Shown piece by piece: positions 50,413 to 63,720 of a stretch of 64,000 nt of DNA (the first letter of the stretch is position 1; each line of letters begins with the position of its first letter). This DNA comes from Octopus vulgaris (taxonomy: Eukaryota). The notes below the pieces were generated by a model. The model ran no database searches, was not told where the DNA came from, and was given only the letters and a program-made list of their open reading frames with translations. Position numbers and translations under genes: made by a program. Location: assembly GCA_951406725.2 (NCBI GenBank), contig OX597837.1, positions 24,366,001 through 24,430,000 of the forward strand, read 5' to 3'.

Positions 50413-50839
50413 ATAGGAGAAGGAAAGATCCAGAGAAGGGAAGACAGAGGAAAAAAAATCGCCAACAGTACACACACACACATTGTACATACACATATAT
50501 ATACACACACATATTTTCACACATAGTCGCCCGGAGCTACGCCGCGCTATCGTGCCCGATATCGAATGAACGAACCTAAGCTCATGGCCTTGCCCATGTA
50601 CACGTGGACGTACCCACGACCAAGGCCAGAAGGCTGTCATGAGATAGACACGGTCAATACAGCGACGTGGATAAATTGTCGCCATTTTATGTCTTTAATT
50701 TTGAGCAGGCACATTGTTTTTGATTTTGTTGACTACACAGTATAGTAGAGTCATCTGATCATTAACATGCCTAACAGGGTCCTTGCATTGAAAAATGCAA
50801 AGGGCGTGTCTACTAAATATTAAATGTTCACATCATAAC

Positions 50840-51219
50840 AATTAAATCGAAATTGAACCAATCCTATGACTGGCACCCGGCAGATGCCAGGACCCCTGGA
50901 CTGGTGGTACGTAAAAAGCACTATCCGAATCGTGGCCGATGCCAGCGCCGCCTCGACTGGCTTCCGTGCCGGTGGCACGTAAAATGCACCAATCCGACCA
51001 TGGCCGTTGCCAGCCTCGCCTGGCACCTGTGCAGGTGGCAAGTAAAAAGCACCCACTACACTCACGGAGTGGTTGGCGTTAGGAAGGGCATCCAGCTGTA
51101 GAAACATTGCCAGATAAGACTGGAACCTGGTGTAGCCTTCTGGCTTCCCAGATCCCCGGTCGAACCGTCCAACCCATGCTAGCATGGAGAACGGACGTTA
51201 AACGATGATGATGATGATG
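50840..51219 (+). mobile_element. Family C
   Basis: Homologue. Short 3' fragments also at 40238-40390 and 54230-54372 (minus). Confidence 0.85.
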
Positions 51220-51391
51220 AATGTATAATTTCAGATTAAAATAAATTTAATTATTGCGAGTCTGTCTATTTACTTTTGTCATGTTTGTGTATATTGGTGC
51301 GAGAGGCCAGATCTGGCCAGTTTGAACCTAAAACGGGTAGAATATTTTGGCCAAATATAGCCGTTTTAAGTGCTAAAGGGTCAACATATAC

Positions 51392-52530
51392 ACAGACCAT
51401 GACAGAAGTAAATAGACAACCCATAAAATATTAAGCATAATTAAATCTCAGAATGAGATTGAAACAGTAATCGCTCGATAATATAAAGTATAGAAGCCAT
51501 CTTATCATGGCTAACCACATTGGGGAGGGGGTGTTACTGTAGCTTTATAGCCCCAAGAGATCTTCGTCTCTAGCTGGCTTTAGACACAATATCTGTGTCC
51601 GGGGCTAAAAAGCTACAGTAACACCCCCTCCCCAATGTGGTTAGCCATGATAAGATGGCTTCTATACTTTACACCATAAAATATTGTTTTATGTTTATTT
51701 TTTATCTTGTAATGGTTTACATTTTTCATTAATTGACATTTTTATGTTTCAGGTCCTGTATGTGTCCGTTTAATCAGGCCATGTACAAAAGAAAGCCTTG
51801 GTACTGTCTGAATTTCAAAGAGGCCATATGGTGGGTCATTCTGAAGGTGGACATAGCGTAAAATCGCAGAAAACCTTGGGATCCCACTTTCTACAGTTAA
51901 TAGAGTGACTGTGCAATTCACCAGAGAGGGGAAGGAGTCTACATCACCTCGCCCAGCTCAACCAGGGCCCTCTGACAGGACCCTTCTCTTTGCTAAGAGA
52001 AGTGTGGTGGATAATCCTTGTTGCAAGGCCTCTGACCTAGCAGAACAAGTTGATGTCTGTCCCAGAACAGCTGTCAGGTATCTCCACAAACTTGGTTACT
52101 GTGGTAGTGCAGAAGGAGGAAGCCACTTCTTCGAACAGCCAACATCAAATGGAGAAAAGATTAGGCCCGTGACATGGTGGAGAGGCCACTAGCATTTTGG
52201 GATGCTGTCTTATTCTCTGATGAGTCCAGATTTGCTGTATTTCTGACAGAGGTCAAGTGTGGGTCTGGAGACTCTGTGATCAAGAATTTGATGTGAAATG
52301 ACTGCAGCCAACAATGAAACACAGCAGCTATACTGCGATGGTCTGGGGAGCCATTTGGAGCAACGGTTGATCAGAGCTGGTGGAGTGTGATGGAAACATA
52401 AACTCAGATAGATATATGCCCATATTGCAGAAAGGACTCCTTCAAATCTTCTCCGGTAATGAAATGATTACAGAAGACTATTTATGGAAGATAGGGCTCC
52501 TTGTCACATGGCTAAAATAACCCAAGATTT
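51392..52530 (+). mobile_element. Degenerate Tc1-family transposon
   Basis: Fragments LSEFQRGHMVG, VLFSDESRF, MKHSSYTAMVWGAI and MEDRAPCH, with many frameshifts. Confidence 0.75.
51433..51673. mobile_element. Fold-back insertion with 12-bp target-site duplication inside a Tc1 remnant
   Basis: Inverted arms ~51484-51554 and ~51601-51671. CCATAAAATATT flanks both sides (51421 and 51674). Confidence 0.75.
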
Positions 52531-52919
52531 GTTGTTCGACTCAAGTGCTTCAAAACTATGGGACAATGATTTTTGGCACTCAATCCTTGGCAATGCTAAC
52601 CTAGATGAACCAGAATTGTTAAATGCTCATTATATTCATTATATTACACCAAGTATTAAAAATCAGTATTATTCTATGCCACGAATTTACAGACATTATT
52701 CCAGAAACAAAATGAAAAAAATGTGTTTGAGGAAGACCAAGGAAGACATGGGTAGAGGCAGTGTTCCTGGAGATACTGAACTTCACAAAACAAGACAAGT
52801 GATGAGATGTATTGGAGAGGACCAGGTCAACCTGTTCTGATGTAGAAAAGAAGGCACAAACTGATTATAAAAGATGTTACTATTTTATTAATAAGGGTAA
52901 CAAAGTAGTTGAGTAAGTT

Positions 52920-53455
52920 TAGTTTGGCCGTTCTCCTGGATACTTCAATGCTTCCACTTGAGCACACCATCCATCATGGTCCCACAATGCATGTTTTTCA
53001 TTCATCAACATTTGCCATTTCACTGTCCTGAAGAAAGTTGTACACATAGGTTAGACGTGCCCTTCCCCTGTTGATTCTTCCTTCAACTGACTGGCGTAAA
53101 ATCAGTTGAGACACAGGTTCTTCTGGGTGCCTGATGAAATGACTAGCGATTCTCATTCTTCTCTGCTGGATCATCTCAGTCACTTTGGGTAGATATTGAT
53201 AAAGTTGCTCGTTGGTCAAATGAGTTCTCCACGTAACATTCAGGACCATTTTTATCATTCTTGTGTAGCAGCCATCTATTTATTTTTCAAGCTTTTTGGT
53301 GAGGGTCCAAGTTTCAGTACCATATAACAAAACCATGGAGAGAAACAACCTAATTTTCAATTTACTTGCCATCTTAGAGCTCCAGATTTCTTACAGCTTG
53401 TGATATACACTCCAAGCAAGTGTCTTCTGTACATCAAAGTCGTTTGCACTGCTTT
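52920..53455 (-). mobile_element. Degenerate RTE-like LINE C-terminal fragment
   Basis: LLYGTETWTL, DGCYTRM, TNEQLY, RRMRIASH. Confidence 0.65.
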
Positions 53456-53572
53456 CCTTTGAGGGTCAAAAAAATAAATACCAGCTGGGCATTGGGGTCG
53501 ATTTAATCAACTTGGCCCTTACCCCAAAACTGCTGGCCTTGTGGCCAAAATTTGAAACTAATAATTAGTCTT

Positions 53573-53970
53573 GTTGGTAAGTAGCTTGCTAACCAACCAC
53601 ATGGTTCCGGGTTCAGTCCCACTGCGTGGCATCTTGGGCAAGTGTCTTCTGCTATAGCCCCGGGCCGACCAATGCCTTGTGAGTGGATTTGGTAAACGGA
53701 AACTGAAAGAAGCCTGTCGTATATATGTATATATATATGTAAGTGTGTGTGTATATGTTTGTGTGTCTGTGTTTGTCCCCCAAGCATTGCTTGACAACCG
53801 ATGCTGGTGTGTTTACGTCCCCGTCACTTAGCGGTTCGGCAAAAGGGACCGATAGAATAAGTACTGGGCTTACAAAGAATAAGTCCCGGGGTTGATTTGC
53901 TCGACTAAAGGCGGTGCTCCAGCATGGCCGCAGTCAAATGACTGAAACAAGTAAAAGAGTAAAAGAGTAA
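53573..53970 (+). mobile_element. SINE family A (slightly 5'-truncated)
   Basis: Homologue of 25981-26381. Confidence 0.9.
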
Positions 53971-54371
53971 CGACACGATACCTGTAAAGTTATAGACTAC
54001 TGATCATATTGTTATGAGTTCAAATCTTATTATTGTCATTGTTTTGTGCTCCTTGAGTAAAGCATTTAATTCTGCTAGATCCAGTTTGCCTCAGTGAACA
54101 AGCCTGCTTAATGACAGAGGCTGTAAAAACAATTGCTTAACAAGTAATACCATTAAACAGTTGCTCACGCTGTTAGAAATAGCAGCCAAGTCTCACTCAA
54201 ATCACACCTTACTGTCTTAATATATACATACATCATCATCGTTTAGCGTCCGCTTTCCATGCTAGCATGGGTTGGACGGTTCAACTGGGGTCTGGGAAGC
54301 CAGGAGGCTGCACCAGGCCCAGTCTGATCTGGCACTGTTTCTACGGCTGGATGCCCTTCCTCACGCCAACC

Positions 54372-54411
<40 letters not shown>

Positions 54412-54415
<4 letters not shown>

Positions 54416-54615
54416 GTAGCGTGGAAGGTGTTTATAAGCCATTTAAGAAACACACAAAAACCGTTAGATTCACTTCAACATTTAAATTTAAAGTGAATCT
54501 AACGGTTTTTGTGTGTTTCTTAAATGTCTTATAAACACCTTCCACGCTGCAATTGTTTTCGTTCCAGCACACGATCTCAGATCAGGTCACTTGCTATGCA
54601 AGTACATCTCCGTAT
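54412..54615. repeat. Fold-back copy of the repeat seen linearly at 25421-25575
   Basis: Arms ~54412-54474 and ~54490-54554. Confidence 0.85.
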
Positions 54616-55562
54616 TATATATATATATTAGACAAATTGCAAAAACAAAAAGAAAAAGACAATTCACAGCAGGAATGTATGATCATAAATCAGTTTGATT
54701 AAAGCTGATTTTGAGCTAAACAACAATAACCATTTAATTAGACATGAAAGCCAGCCTCAATGAGGTCACTCACAATGCTAGAAATAGAAGCCAAATATCC
54801 CTAAAATAGTGCCCTACCATTTGAAAAAAAAAAGAAAAGAGGGATATTGTGAATAATACAGTCATAAATAAAACGACTGAAACAAAATGGGATCACTTGG
54901 GTAGAATACTTTAAATCATGTCTGTTTTAATCAGGATTGAGCTGAGACTAATTTACCAATAACAGCCACTACCCTAACCATGCAACAGCAGAAAAATAAG
55001 AGGCAAAATGCATTCTATGTTCAAATCCTGTTCAGGTGTTCAATCCCCAGGGCTGAAAAACAAATACCAGCTGTGAACTGAGAATTCCATCAACTTTGCA
55101 CCTCAGCCTACTTTTTACCCAGGATTTAGAAAATGTGGGGGAAAAAATGTGGAAAAAATGTGGGGAAAAAAAAAAGGACAAAGCTAAGAAAACCCTATTA
55201 ATACTAAGATAATCATTTTAGTGCAGTGAGTAACAAGTCTGTTTTGTAGTATCTACTCCAGTTGCTCAGAGTTCAATATCAGCTGAATTTCTGCATTTCA
55301 GCTTTGCAGTTCGTAAAGCAGAGTCTATTATTGTTCCCATTATTCTATTATTGTTCCCATTCATAATAATAATTTTTTAAAAAAAACCTTACTATTGTAT
55401 TAATACTTGCAGGAATGTAGTAGTAGTAGTAGCAATTTGTTAAATAAGACTATATATTTACATCACAAAATAACAGCCACTGTCTACAAAATTAACAATT
55501 TCGTAGCTTTAATTCTATCGTTATTATTCATATAATTTTAAATTAAAAAAAGAAATAGAAAC

Positions 55563-55596
<34 letters not shown>

Positions 55597-55841
55597 CGTT
55601 ATGTTTTTTCCCCTGCTCGCAACTGACCCAGTTTCGATTTGCAATTGGAACCAGTTTAATTACATCGTTGATGCCCTTGGAAAGGCCCGAACGGTAACAT
55701 CAGCTTCCACACCACTCCAGCCTGTTTATATCATCAATTCCATTGAGATTCAATGAAGCACTCCTTTCACTATTTTGTTGGTACAAAATAAATCAGTCCA
55801 GTTAATGCTACTCTCTGCTATTGACTACCAAGTGCTTTAAT

Positions 55842-55891
<50 letters not shown>

Positions 55892-57444
55892 TATATATAT
55901 ATATATATAACCACGAACCCTCCATACATAACTATAGATTCATCAAAGTCAATGAAGTGGATACCAGTTCGATTTCCACTAAAATATAGTAGTTATTTTA
56001 CATGTAAACGAATGGATAATTGTGTGTGTGTGTGTGTGTGTTTATACACACACACACAAGTTGCATGGTCGTATACTTATAAATATACACACACACACAC
56101 ACACACTGCATGTATCTATGTATGTTTGGCGAGGAGATAGGGAAAAGATCGTGGTGAGTGACTCATAGTTTAAAATGATTCCAAGACTAAACATCGAAAT
56201 AGAATGTCTTCGAATTGAGTGTAGGACGAGTGGGGTGAAGAGTATTGAGAATTAGTGGCTTTGGGGTGGGGGAGAACGATCATTTCCTCGATTCTCTTTA
56301 ATTTTATGCCTTTCGCCAACGGATAATTTATTTGGTAATTTTAGCAACAAGCCATCACTCAAGGTTGTACGTAAATCAAACACAAAGCCATTGACAAACA
56401 GCCAAATATTAGGAGATCGATAAGTAAATAGATGGAGATCGATTTTGGGAGGGCTAAACAAAGAACTACAATGTCAGGAATGGTTGTACTCGATGGAGGA
56501 ATTTTATTGCATATTGTTTATGGAGAGGGAATGTTAGCGATTATCAAGAAAGAAAATATGATTTCGTTATAGTAATAAACATATAGGTCTTCATTCACCA
56601 ATAAGTCTGCTAGAATATATATGATTAATGAAATAAATGGAACAAAGAGATCGTTCCATTATGAACATAATTCCATTAGTAAATGGCTGTATTATTATTC
56701 AGCAGAATTATACAAATGGTATATACATATATGAGGATATAGAATTCAGATTGTACAGATGGGGTGAATAGTGTAGATTAGTGATTAGGAAGTTGTTGTT
56801 GGAATTAGGACTGGTTGGCGATAATTAAGGTAGGTGAGTGGTTAAATAATAGCAGAGCAGAACCGTGTTGTTGGAGATAAACATATCGCAGAGTAGCTTT
56901 GAGAATAGGTAAACAAAAGTGAATGGTAAAATCTCAACGGTGGAACAACTTATGAGGGAAAAAAATTATTTATGTTGAGAAAGATGAAGAATAAACTGTC
57001 GAAAGAAGCAGCTGGGGGGGAAAAAATGTGAGAAAAAAGTAGGGGTGGAATATATTTATTTTTGGGGGGCACTTTTATATTTTATGTAATCTAAGAAGTC
57101 CGGGTTGAATAATTGACTAAAGGAGCTGGTTCGCCTGTTGTCTGCGACTACAATCTTGGTAATAGTTTTGACAGTAACCAAAACAAACAGTTATATGTAT
57201 ATAAGATATATATATATATATATATACACAAATATATCACACAGTCCTCTACAAAATCAGTCAATACATACATACATAGATATGTGTGTGTGTATATATA
57301 TATACATATATATATACATATGTATATATATATATATATATATACATATGTATATGTATATATACACAGACATACACATATATATATATGTGTGTGTATG
57401 TATGTATATATATATATACATATATGTATATATATATATATGCA

Positions 57445-57481
<37 letters not shown>

Positions 57482-57625
57482 GCACACACACATATATATA
57501 TATACATATATATATATATGTACACACATACACACACACACACATACATACATATATATATATATGTATATATACACACACACACACATACATACAGACA
57601 GACAGACAGATAGATAGATAAATAG

Positions 57626-57666
<41 letters not shown>

Positions 57667-58264
57667 CAAAATATATATACACACATATATATGTATGTAT
57701 GTATGTATTAAAGTGGAGTCTAGCGGATTAGCTTGCCTGTGGGCTACACTTAGACTATATTTCGATTATCTATTGAGTACTCGAATAATATTGGCCATGC
57801 TCCTCAATGGACTATGCTTCATAACTTAGCGTAAAAATGCATTATTTTTTTAACGAAATTTTGTAGAGGCACCTTCACGAAGGTGCAGATTACAATTTTC
57901 CGGATAAAATTCTAGAAGAAACAAGAATTTTGAGGAATTTTGGATAGTGCTCCCAACCTTTATTTCATTTTATCTTATTCTATTTTATTTTACCTTTACA
58001 TTATTTTTTGCTTTGGAACATCAACATTACACAATCTACACTCTGGAACAACCTATTTCTATAAAATGCCATTTAAAAGAGATTTCGGGGGGGGGGAACA
58101 GTCGGGAACTGGAGCGGGGGGGGGGATGCGTCAAAACTCCTTTAAAAATAAATTTTATATTTTGGTCTTGATAGAATCGTAATGTAAAGGTATCGCTGCA
58201 AAAATTTCATTTAAAAAATATCTGATGAAGAAACAAAATCCAGACTGGAGCACCAAACTGTAGT

Positions 58265-58270
<6 letters not shown>

Positions 58271-58295
<25 letters not shown>

Positions 58296-58426
58296 ACGCG
58301 TGTATTTGTATGTGTGTGTGTGTGTGTATGTATGTGTGCGTGTATTTGTATGTGTGTGTATTTGTGTGTGTGTATGCGTGTATTTGTGTGTGTGTGTGTG
58401 TGCGTGTATGTGTGTGTATGCGTGTA

Positions 58427-58459
<33 letters not shown>

Positions 58460-58472
58460 ATGTGTGTGTGTG
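58271..58472. repeat. (GT)n-rich microsatellite
   Basis: Direct reading. Confidence 0.95.
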
Positions 58473-59037
58473 GTTTTTATTAAAATAAGAGATGCCACAC
58501 TGTTGCTACTCGGAGTTTCGCATCAATCACCAGAATTGCTCCTTCAGCCTCAGGTTAGTTCTGACAAAGCAGTCTTAATATCGAAAAGGCATTCATTCTA
58601 GCTGTGACCATCCGGTCTTTTTGCAAATGTTAATATAACACACAGTGTAGCACCACACACAGCAACACTGTCCATTGTGTGTGTATTTCTCTGAAGACGC
58701 TTTGGTGCGATGAGGGAGATTTGGCTGCTATTTCTCGTAGATCGAATGACCGCGAAGAGGCTCTCTCGTTGGCTTTTGTGACTGGAGTTGTTGACAAAAG
58801 GTTAGGAAATTTATTGAATGGTAAGGTAGATGGGAGAGAGAGTATTTGTTGAACAAAAATGGTGATGAAACTGTCCATGAATCAGAAATGGAAGGGCAAA
58901 GTGAAGACATTTATTTTTTTCCGTATAGTTTAATAGATATTAGTAATAATAATAATATTAGTACGGATTCAGTAAATTGTATGTTGTGTTGGTGGGGTGG
59001 AAGGAAGTGAAGAACTAGGGAAGGAAGAACTACTAAC

Positions 59038-59272
59038 CTGCAAGAGCCTGCTGAAGGAAGCAGGTCGAAGGGAAGAAAAGAAAGAGCAGCAGCATCCATA
59101 GCAACATATTCCTCCAGCCAGTGTCTTGGAGCAGAGATGTGAGGTTAGTCCGATGTCGGTGGTGGTGATGATGATGCTGCTGGTATCTAGGAGCAGAAGG
59201 AAATGGTAGTGGTGGTGTCGTTCGCAGTGGTGTCGAAGTAGAAAACAGACTTGCTCCACAGGATTCCATCAT
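59038..59272 (-). CDS. PGAP6: PGAP6/TMEM8-family gene, first coding exon (signal peptide)
   Basis: ORF MMESCGAS...WRNMLLWMLLLFLFFPSTCFLQQALA ends at donor CAG|GTTAGT (phase 1), which matches the phase of the exon at 23881. An alternative start ATG at 59107 gives a classical signal peptide. Linkage across 35 kb is inferred. Confidence 0.75.
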
Positions 59273-59352
59273 CCGAGCTTATGAGACTGACGGACGATGA
59301 TAAATAAACACTATGATTATTATTGTTATTGTTATTATTATTATTATTATTA

Positions 59353-59418
59353 TTATATAAGCCAATTGCCGCTGCCCTGACCACGTCTCTTCTCTCCTGC
59401 TTTCCCTAGTGGCGACAT
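59353..59418 (-). other. Candidate upstream ORF (21 aa) in the 5' leader
   Basis: ATG at 59418 encodes MSPLGKAGEKRRGQGSGNWLI and stops at the start of a (TAA)n tract. It is out of frame with the main ORF. Confidence 0.35.
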
Positions 59419-59562
59419 GCACAGACCTCTGGCAGCAGCTTAACTATGTGAAAGGAGAAAATAAATTAATTAAAGCCAGCCTGGTCGTAGAAGAAGAAGA
59501 AGGCTGAAGCAATGAAACACTGGAGTCGTCTCCTCCGCCTCCATCCTCGCATCACTCCGCTC

Positions 59563-59573
59563 TCTTTATATAC
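59563..59573 (-). promoter_or_regulatory. Possible TATA box
   Basis: GTATATAAAG about 290 bp upstream of the first ATG in non-repetitive sequence. Motif only. Confidence 0.25.
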
Positions 59574-59745
59574 ACTTTACCTCCAAACTCTAGAGAAGTC
59601 TCCAAAATAAAACCTTCTCAGTGACTTGTATTTATTCGTTTCTCTTTCCACTATAGACATTCACCCAGAATGTTATCAGTGATTTTTTTTTTTTTTATAA
59701 ATCCCCAGTCATAATTCATTATCTTACACACACTGACACACATGT

Positions 59746-59911
<166 letters not shown>

Positions 59912-60328
59912 CTATATATATATCTATAATATATATATATATTATATACATATATTATATACATATATATATATAATAATTATATAAATATATATATATT
60001 ATATACATATATATAATAATTGTATACATATATATATATATATACATATAATGTATATGATATATAACAATATATATTATATATACATATGATATATATA
60101 ATATATATAATACACATGTTCTTTTTTGTTTTATTTGTTTCGGTCATTTGACTGCGGCCATGCTGGAGCACCGCCTTTAATCGAACAAATCGACCACAGG
60201 ACTTATTCTTTGTAAGCCTAGTACTTATCCTATCGGTCTCTTTTGCCAAACCGCTATGCTACGGGAACGTAAACACACCAACATCGGTGGTCAAGCGATG
60301 GTGGGGGAGGACAAACACAGACACACAA

Positions 60329-60362
<34 letters not shown>

Positions 60363-60599
60363 GTAATATACATAATACATATAATATATTTGTGATATAT
60401 TCCACCGAGCTCAACATTGCCTTTCATTCTTTCGGGGTCAATAAATTAAATACCAGTTGCATATTGGGGTCAATCTAATCAACTGGCCCCTTCCCCAAAA
60501 TTTCGAGCCTTGAGGTTAGAGTAGAAAAGAACATATATATATATGATATAATATATAAGATATATATCTAATATGTATATATCTATATATAACATATAT

Positions 60600-61145
60600 A
60601 TATTACTCTTTTATTTATCCTTTTATATGTTTGAGCTCAAAGGCTGTGGCCCCACTGGGGCACTGTCAGTAATATCACTTTTCAATGGCCATTCTTTTGT
60701 AACTGGCTTTTGGGGAATGTGGGGGGTGAGGATTTGATATTGTTACCCTGTTTTGAGTGTCTTGCTGTGATGTAGGTTCAGCTCGGACCTTGGATAGCAA
60801 GAAATCAAGTTGTTTCTTGAAACATTTACCCTATTTCTTGTAGATCTCTCAGATATTTTGGCAAGATTTTAAATACCTGTAGTCCTTTGAATCTCATGCT
60901 ATTGCAGTACATGGACCTCACTCTAGATAGGACAGGTGGAACCTATGGAACAATGCAGTGACATCAATTTCAGGAGCTGGTAAAATTCTCAATGCCAAAT
61001 TTTTGTGCCAATCCTTCTAGGATTTTCGATATGTATATCACTGCATGTTTCCAAAAAAGTTACGAGTAGAGTCTTAACTCTTTCAGTCTCTCCCAGTTGC
61101 TCAGTTGTTCCATTGGTGCAATCTTCCTGGTGTAGCACCAATTTA
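60600..61145 (-). mobile_element. Highly degenerate CR1-group LINE 3' fragment
   Basis: Relics HCIVP, YCNS, ILPKYLRDL and a related 3' tail. Confidence 0.6.
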
Positions 61146-61410
61146 ACTGCCCCAAGTTCTGCTATGAATTTTACACAGTGGGATGACTACAGTTGAGAAC
61201 AATAGTCCCGACAACTCAGGATAAATGTCCTTCATAAAGCCAATAAATCTACCAGAATGGACGAAAGCGCTAATATATGATATATGATATAAGTTATATG
61301 ATGTATAAAAACAGGTAATATACAAATAAATATCTGTAAATATAAAACCATCCGAATTTCTGAGTACTTCATTTCTTCTAATATAAAATACCTGTACATC
61401 ATCTCCAAAC

Positions 61411-61453
<43 letters not shown>

Positions 61454-61496
61454 TGTATAATATACATCATATATATTTGTTATATATAAGTATGTG

Positions 61497-62255
61497 TAAG
61501 GCATGGCTATATGGTAAGAAGCTTGCTTCTCAACAACATGGTTCCAGGTTCAATCCTACAGCATGGCACCTTGGGCAAGTGTTTTCTACTATAGCCTCTG
61601 GCTATATATCTATGTGTGTATATGTATTTATGTGTGTTTGTAATCGTTTGTCCCTCCACCATCGTTTGACAACCGATGGTATGTTTATGTCCCCATAATT
61701 TAGCGGTTCAGCAAAAGAAACTGATAAAATAAGTGGATGGATGGAAGCACTCCGTCGGTTACGACGACGAGGGTTCTGGTTGATCCGAATCAACGGAACA
61801 GCCTGCTCGTGAAATTAACGTGTAAGTGGCTGAGCACTCCACAGACACGTGTACCCTTAACGTAGTTCTCGGGGATATTCAGCGTGACACAGAGAGTGAC
61901 AAGGCCGGCCCCTTGAAATACAGGTACAACAGAAACAGGAAGTAAGAGTGAGAGAAAGTTGTGGTGAAAGAGTACAGCAGGGATCACCACCATCCCCTGC
62001 CAGAGCCTCGTGGAGCTTTAGGTGTTTTCGCTCAATAAACACTCACAACGCCCGGTCTGGGAATCGAAACCGCGATCCTATGACCGCGAGTCCGCTGCCC
62101 TAACCACTGGGCCATTGCCCCTCCACTGATAAAATAAGTACTAGGCTTACAAATAACAAGTCCTGGGATCAATTTCTTTGACTAAAACCCTGTAAGGCAG
62201 TGCTCCAGCATGGCCGTAATCAAATGACTGAAACCTGTAAAAGAGTAAAAGAGTA
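61497..62255 (+). mobile_element. Older SINE family A copy split by a family B insertion
   Basis: Halves at 61497-61734 and 62127-62255. Other partial copies lie at ~19415, 30150, 33860, 36235, 60120 and 63128. Confidence 0.8.
61735..62126 (-). mobile_element. SINE family B with 14-bp TSD
   Basis: CTGATAAAATAAGT duplicated. (CCAT)n tail. Confidence 0.92.
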
Positions 62256-62263
62256 TGTAATAT

Positions 62264-62900
62264 ACAGGGTGATTGAAAAGTAACTCCCTATTTTAAAATA
62301 CTTATAATTTATTTATTAACTATAATTTTTAGAAAAAATGAATATGTAAAGAAAGTGTATAGCATGGAATTTTATTTAAAATTTGATATAGGCACCAGCA
62401 TTCACCACCAGCTTCTGAAACTGCCTGGGAACCACATCAACTGATTTCATTAGGAAGTCTTGTGGAATGAAAGGCATAACTTCTCGTATTCCCCATTCAA
62501 GTTCTTCCAAGGTCATTGGTTTGGTAGAGAAGACTCCCTCATTTAACCAACCCCAAAGAAAACAGTCGCAGGGTGTTAAATCAGGGCTTCTGTTTGGCCA
62601 ATCATGCAGACCTCGACGACCCATCCATCTCCCACATCCCGTAGTCATGAGTTTTGCATGACAATTCTTGATTATCTTTGCATCAACTTGAGCATGTCTT
62701 CCTCTAATGGTCCTCCACCATCTTTGCACTTGAACAACTGATCTCCAAACTTGATAATATGCAGCTAGCTGGGCATGCTCCTGCACAGTAAAACAGCCAG
62801 CCATGTTTGTAGGGCTTCTAAATTTCAAACAAAATAATCTGAAAAAAAAACAACATGGAATCAATTCCCCTCCCTCTTTCTGGACATATACCATTATCTT
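62264..62900 (-). mobile_element. Internally deleted Tc1/mariner-superfamily element
   Basis: ORF joins an N-terminal piece to GRWMGRRG...WPNRSPDLTPCDCFLWG. Terminus TA-CAGGGTG. Confidence 0.75.
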
Positions 62901-63087
62901 TCTGACATCTTCTGAGACATGTTCCTTTAAGTAGTCGTAGCAAATTTATAACCACAGTAAAATAGGAGAAGAGAAGAGCGGCTGACATTAATTAATTTAT
63001 CACTAGCAGCTGGAACTTAATTGTCAATTCCCAGTGGTTTTAAAATGGGTATATGGGTATATATATATATATAATACATACATGATG

Positions 63088-63130
<43 letters not shown>

Positions 63131-63299
63131 TCTTTTACTTGTTTCAGTCATTTGACTGTGGCAATGATGGAGCACCATCTTTAGTCGAGCAAATCAACCC
63201 CAGGACTTATTCTTTGTAAGCCTAGTACTTATTCTATCGGTCTCTTTTGCCGAACTGCTAAGTTACAGGGACATAAACACACCAGCATCGGTTGTCAAG

Positions 63300-63720
63300 C
63301 ATACTTGTTACTTATTTACTTTTTATTCACCTTACTTCAAGCTGTGTGGATAATACTGAACTGACTTGGTGCTTCAACTTAAGTACCTACTTCAACTCCA
63401 CCTGTCTAACACCCGTAGACATGTTTACAAAGTCAGAAAACAGCACAGCTCCCATGACTTTCAGAAACATTTTTTTCACACTAAGAGTTGCTGAAATATG
63501 GAACAAACTGCCGGCATCAGTTGTTAGTTGTCGGAGCACTGCATCCTTCAAAACTTCCATGGTTCCTGAGATTCACCAACACTACACCTGATTTCCTCCC
63601 CTCCATACACACGCAAGCATGTGTCGGACTCATACATTGTTCACTTTAGTACATTAATACATTACTGCATATGCTTTATATGCACCTGAGTACTGTATAC
63701 AATAATTTCATTATTATTAT
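63300..63720 (+). mobile_element. LINE 3' fragment with (ATT)n tail; second copy at ~26630-26835
   Basis: FFTLRVAEIWNKLPASVV...FK is a CR1/L2-type C-terminus. The 3' UTR is shared with 26632-26835. Confidence 0.7.

Noticed and set aside
23882-59037. Additional exons or a nested host gene in the 35-kb intron
   Set aside because: Exons 1 and 2 join in phase with a sensible signal peptide junction. The other long ORFs are mostly TE- or microsatellite-derived. Small or non-coding exons cannot be excluded.
59444-59470. Acceptor-like TTTTCTCCTTTCACATAG upstream of the first coding exon
   Set aside because: It could indicate an upstream non-coding exon, but no partner donor is identifiable, so it is not called.
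61225-61280. GGAC-GAAA-GCGC-TA half hammerhead
   Set aside because: The upstream core is missing, so it is too degenerate to call.
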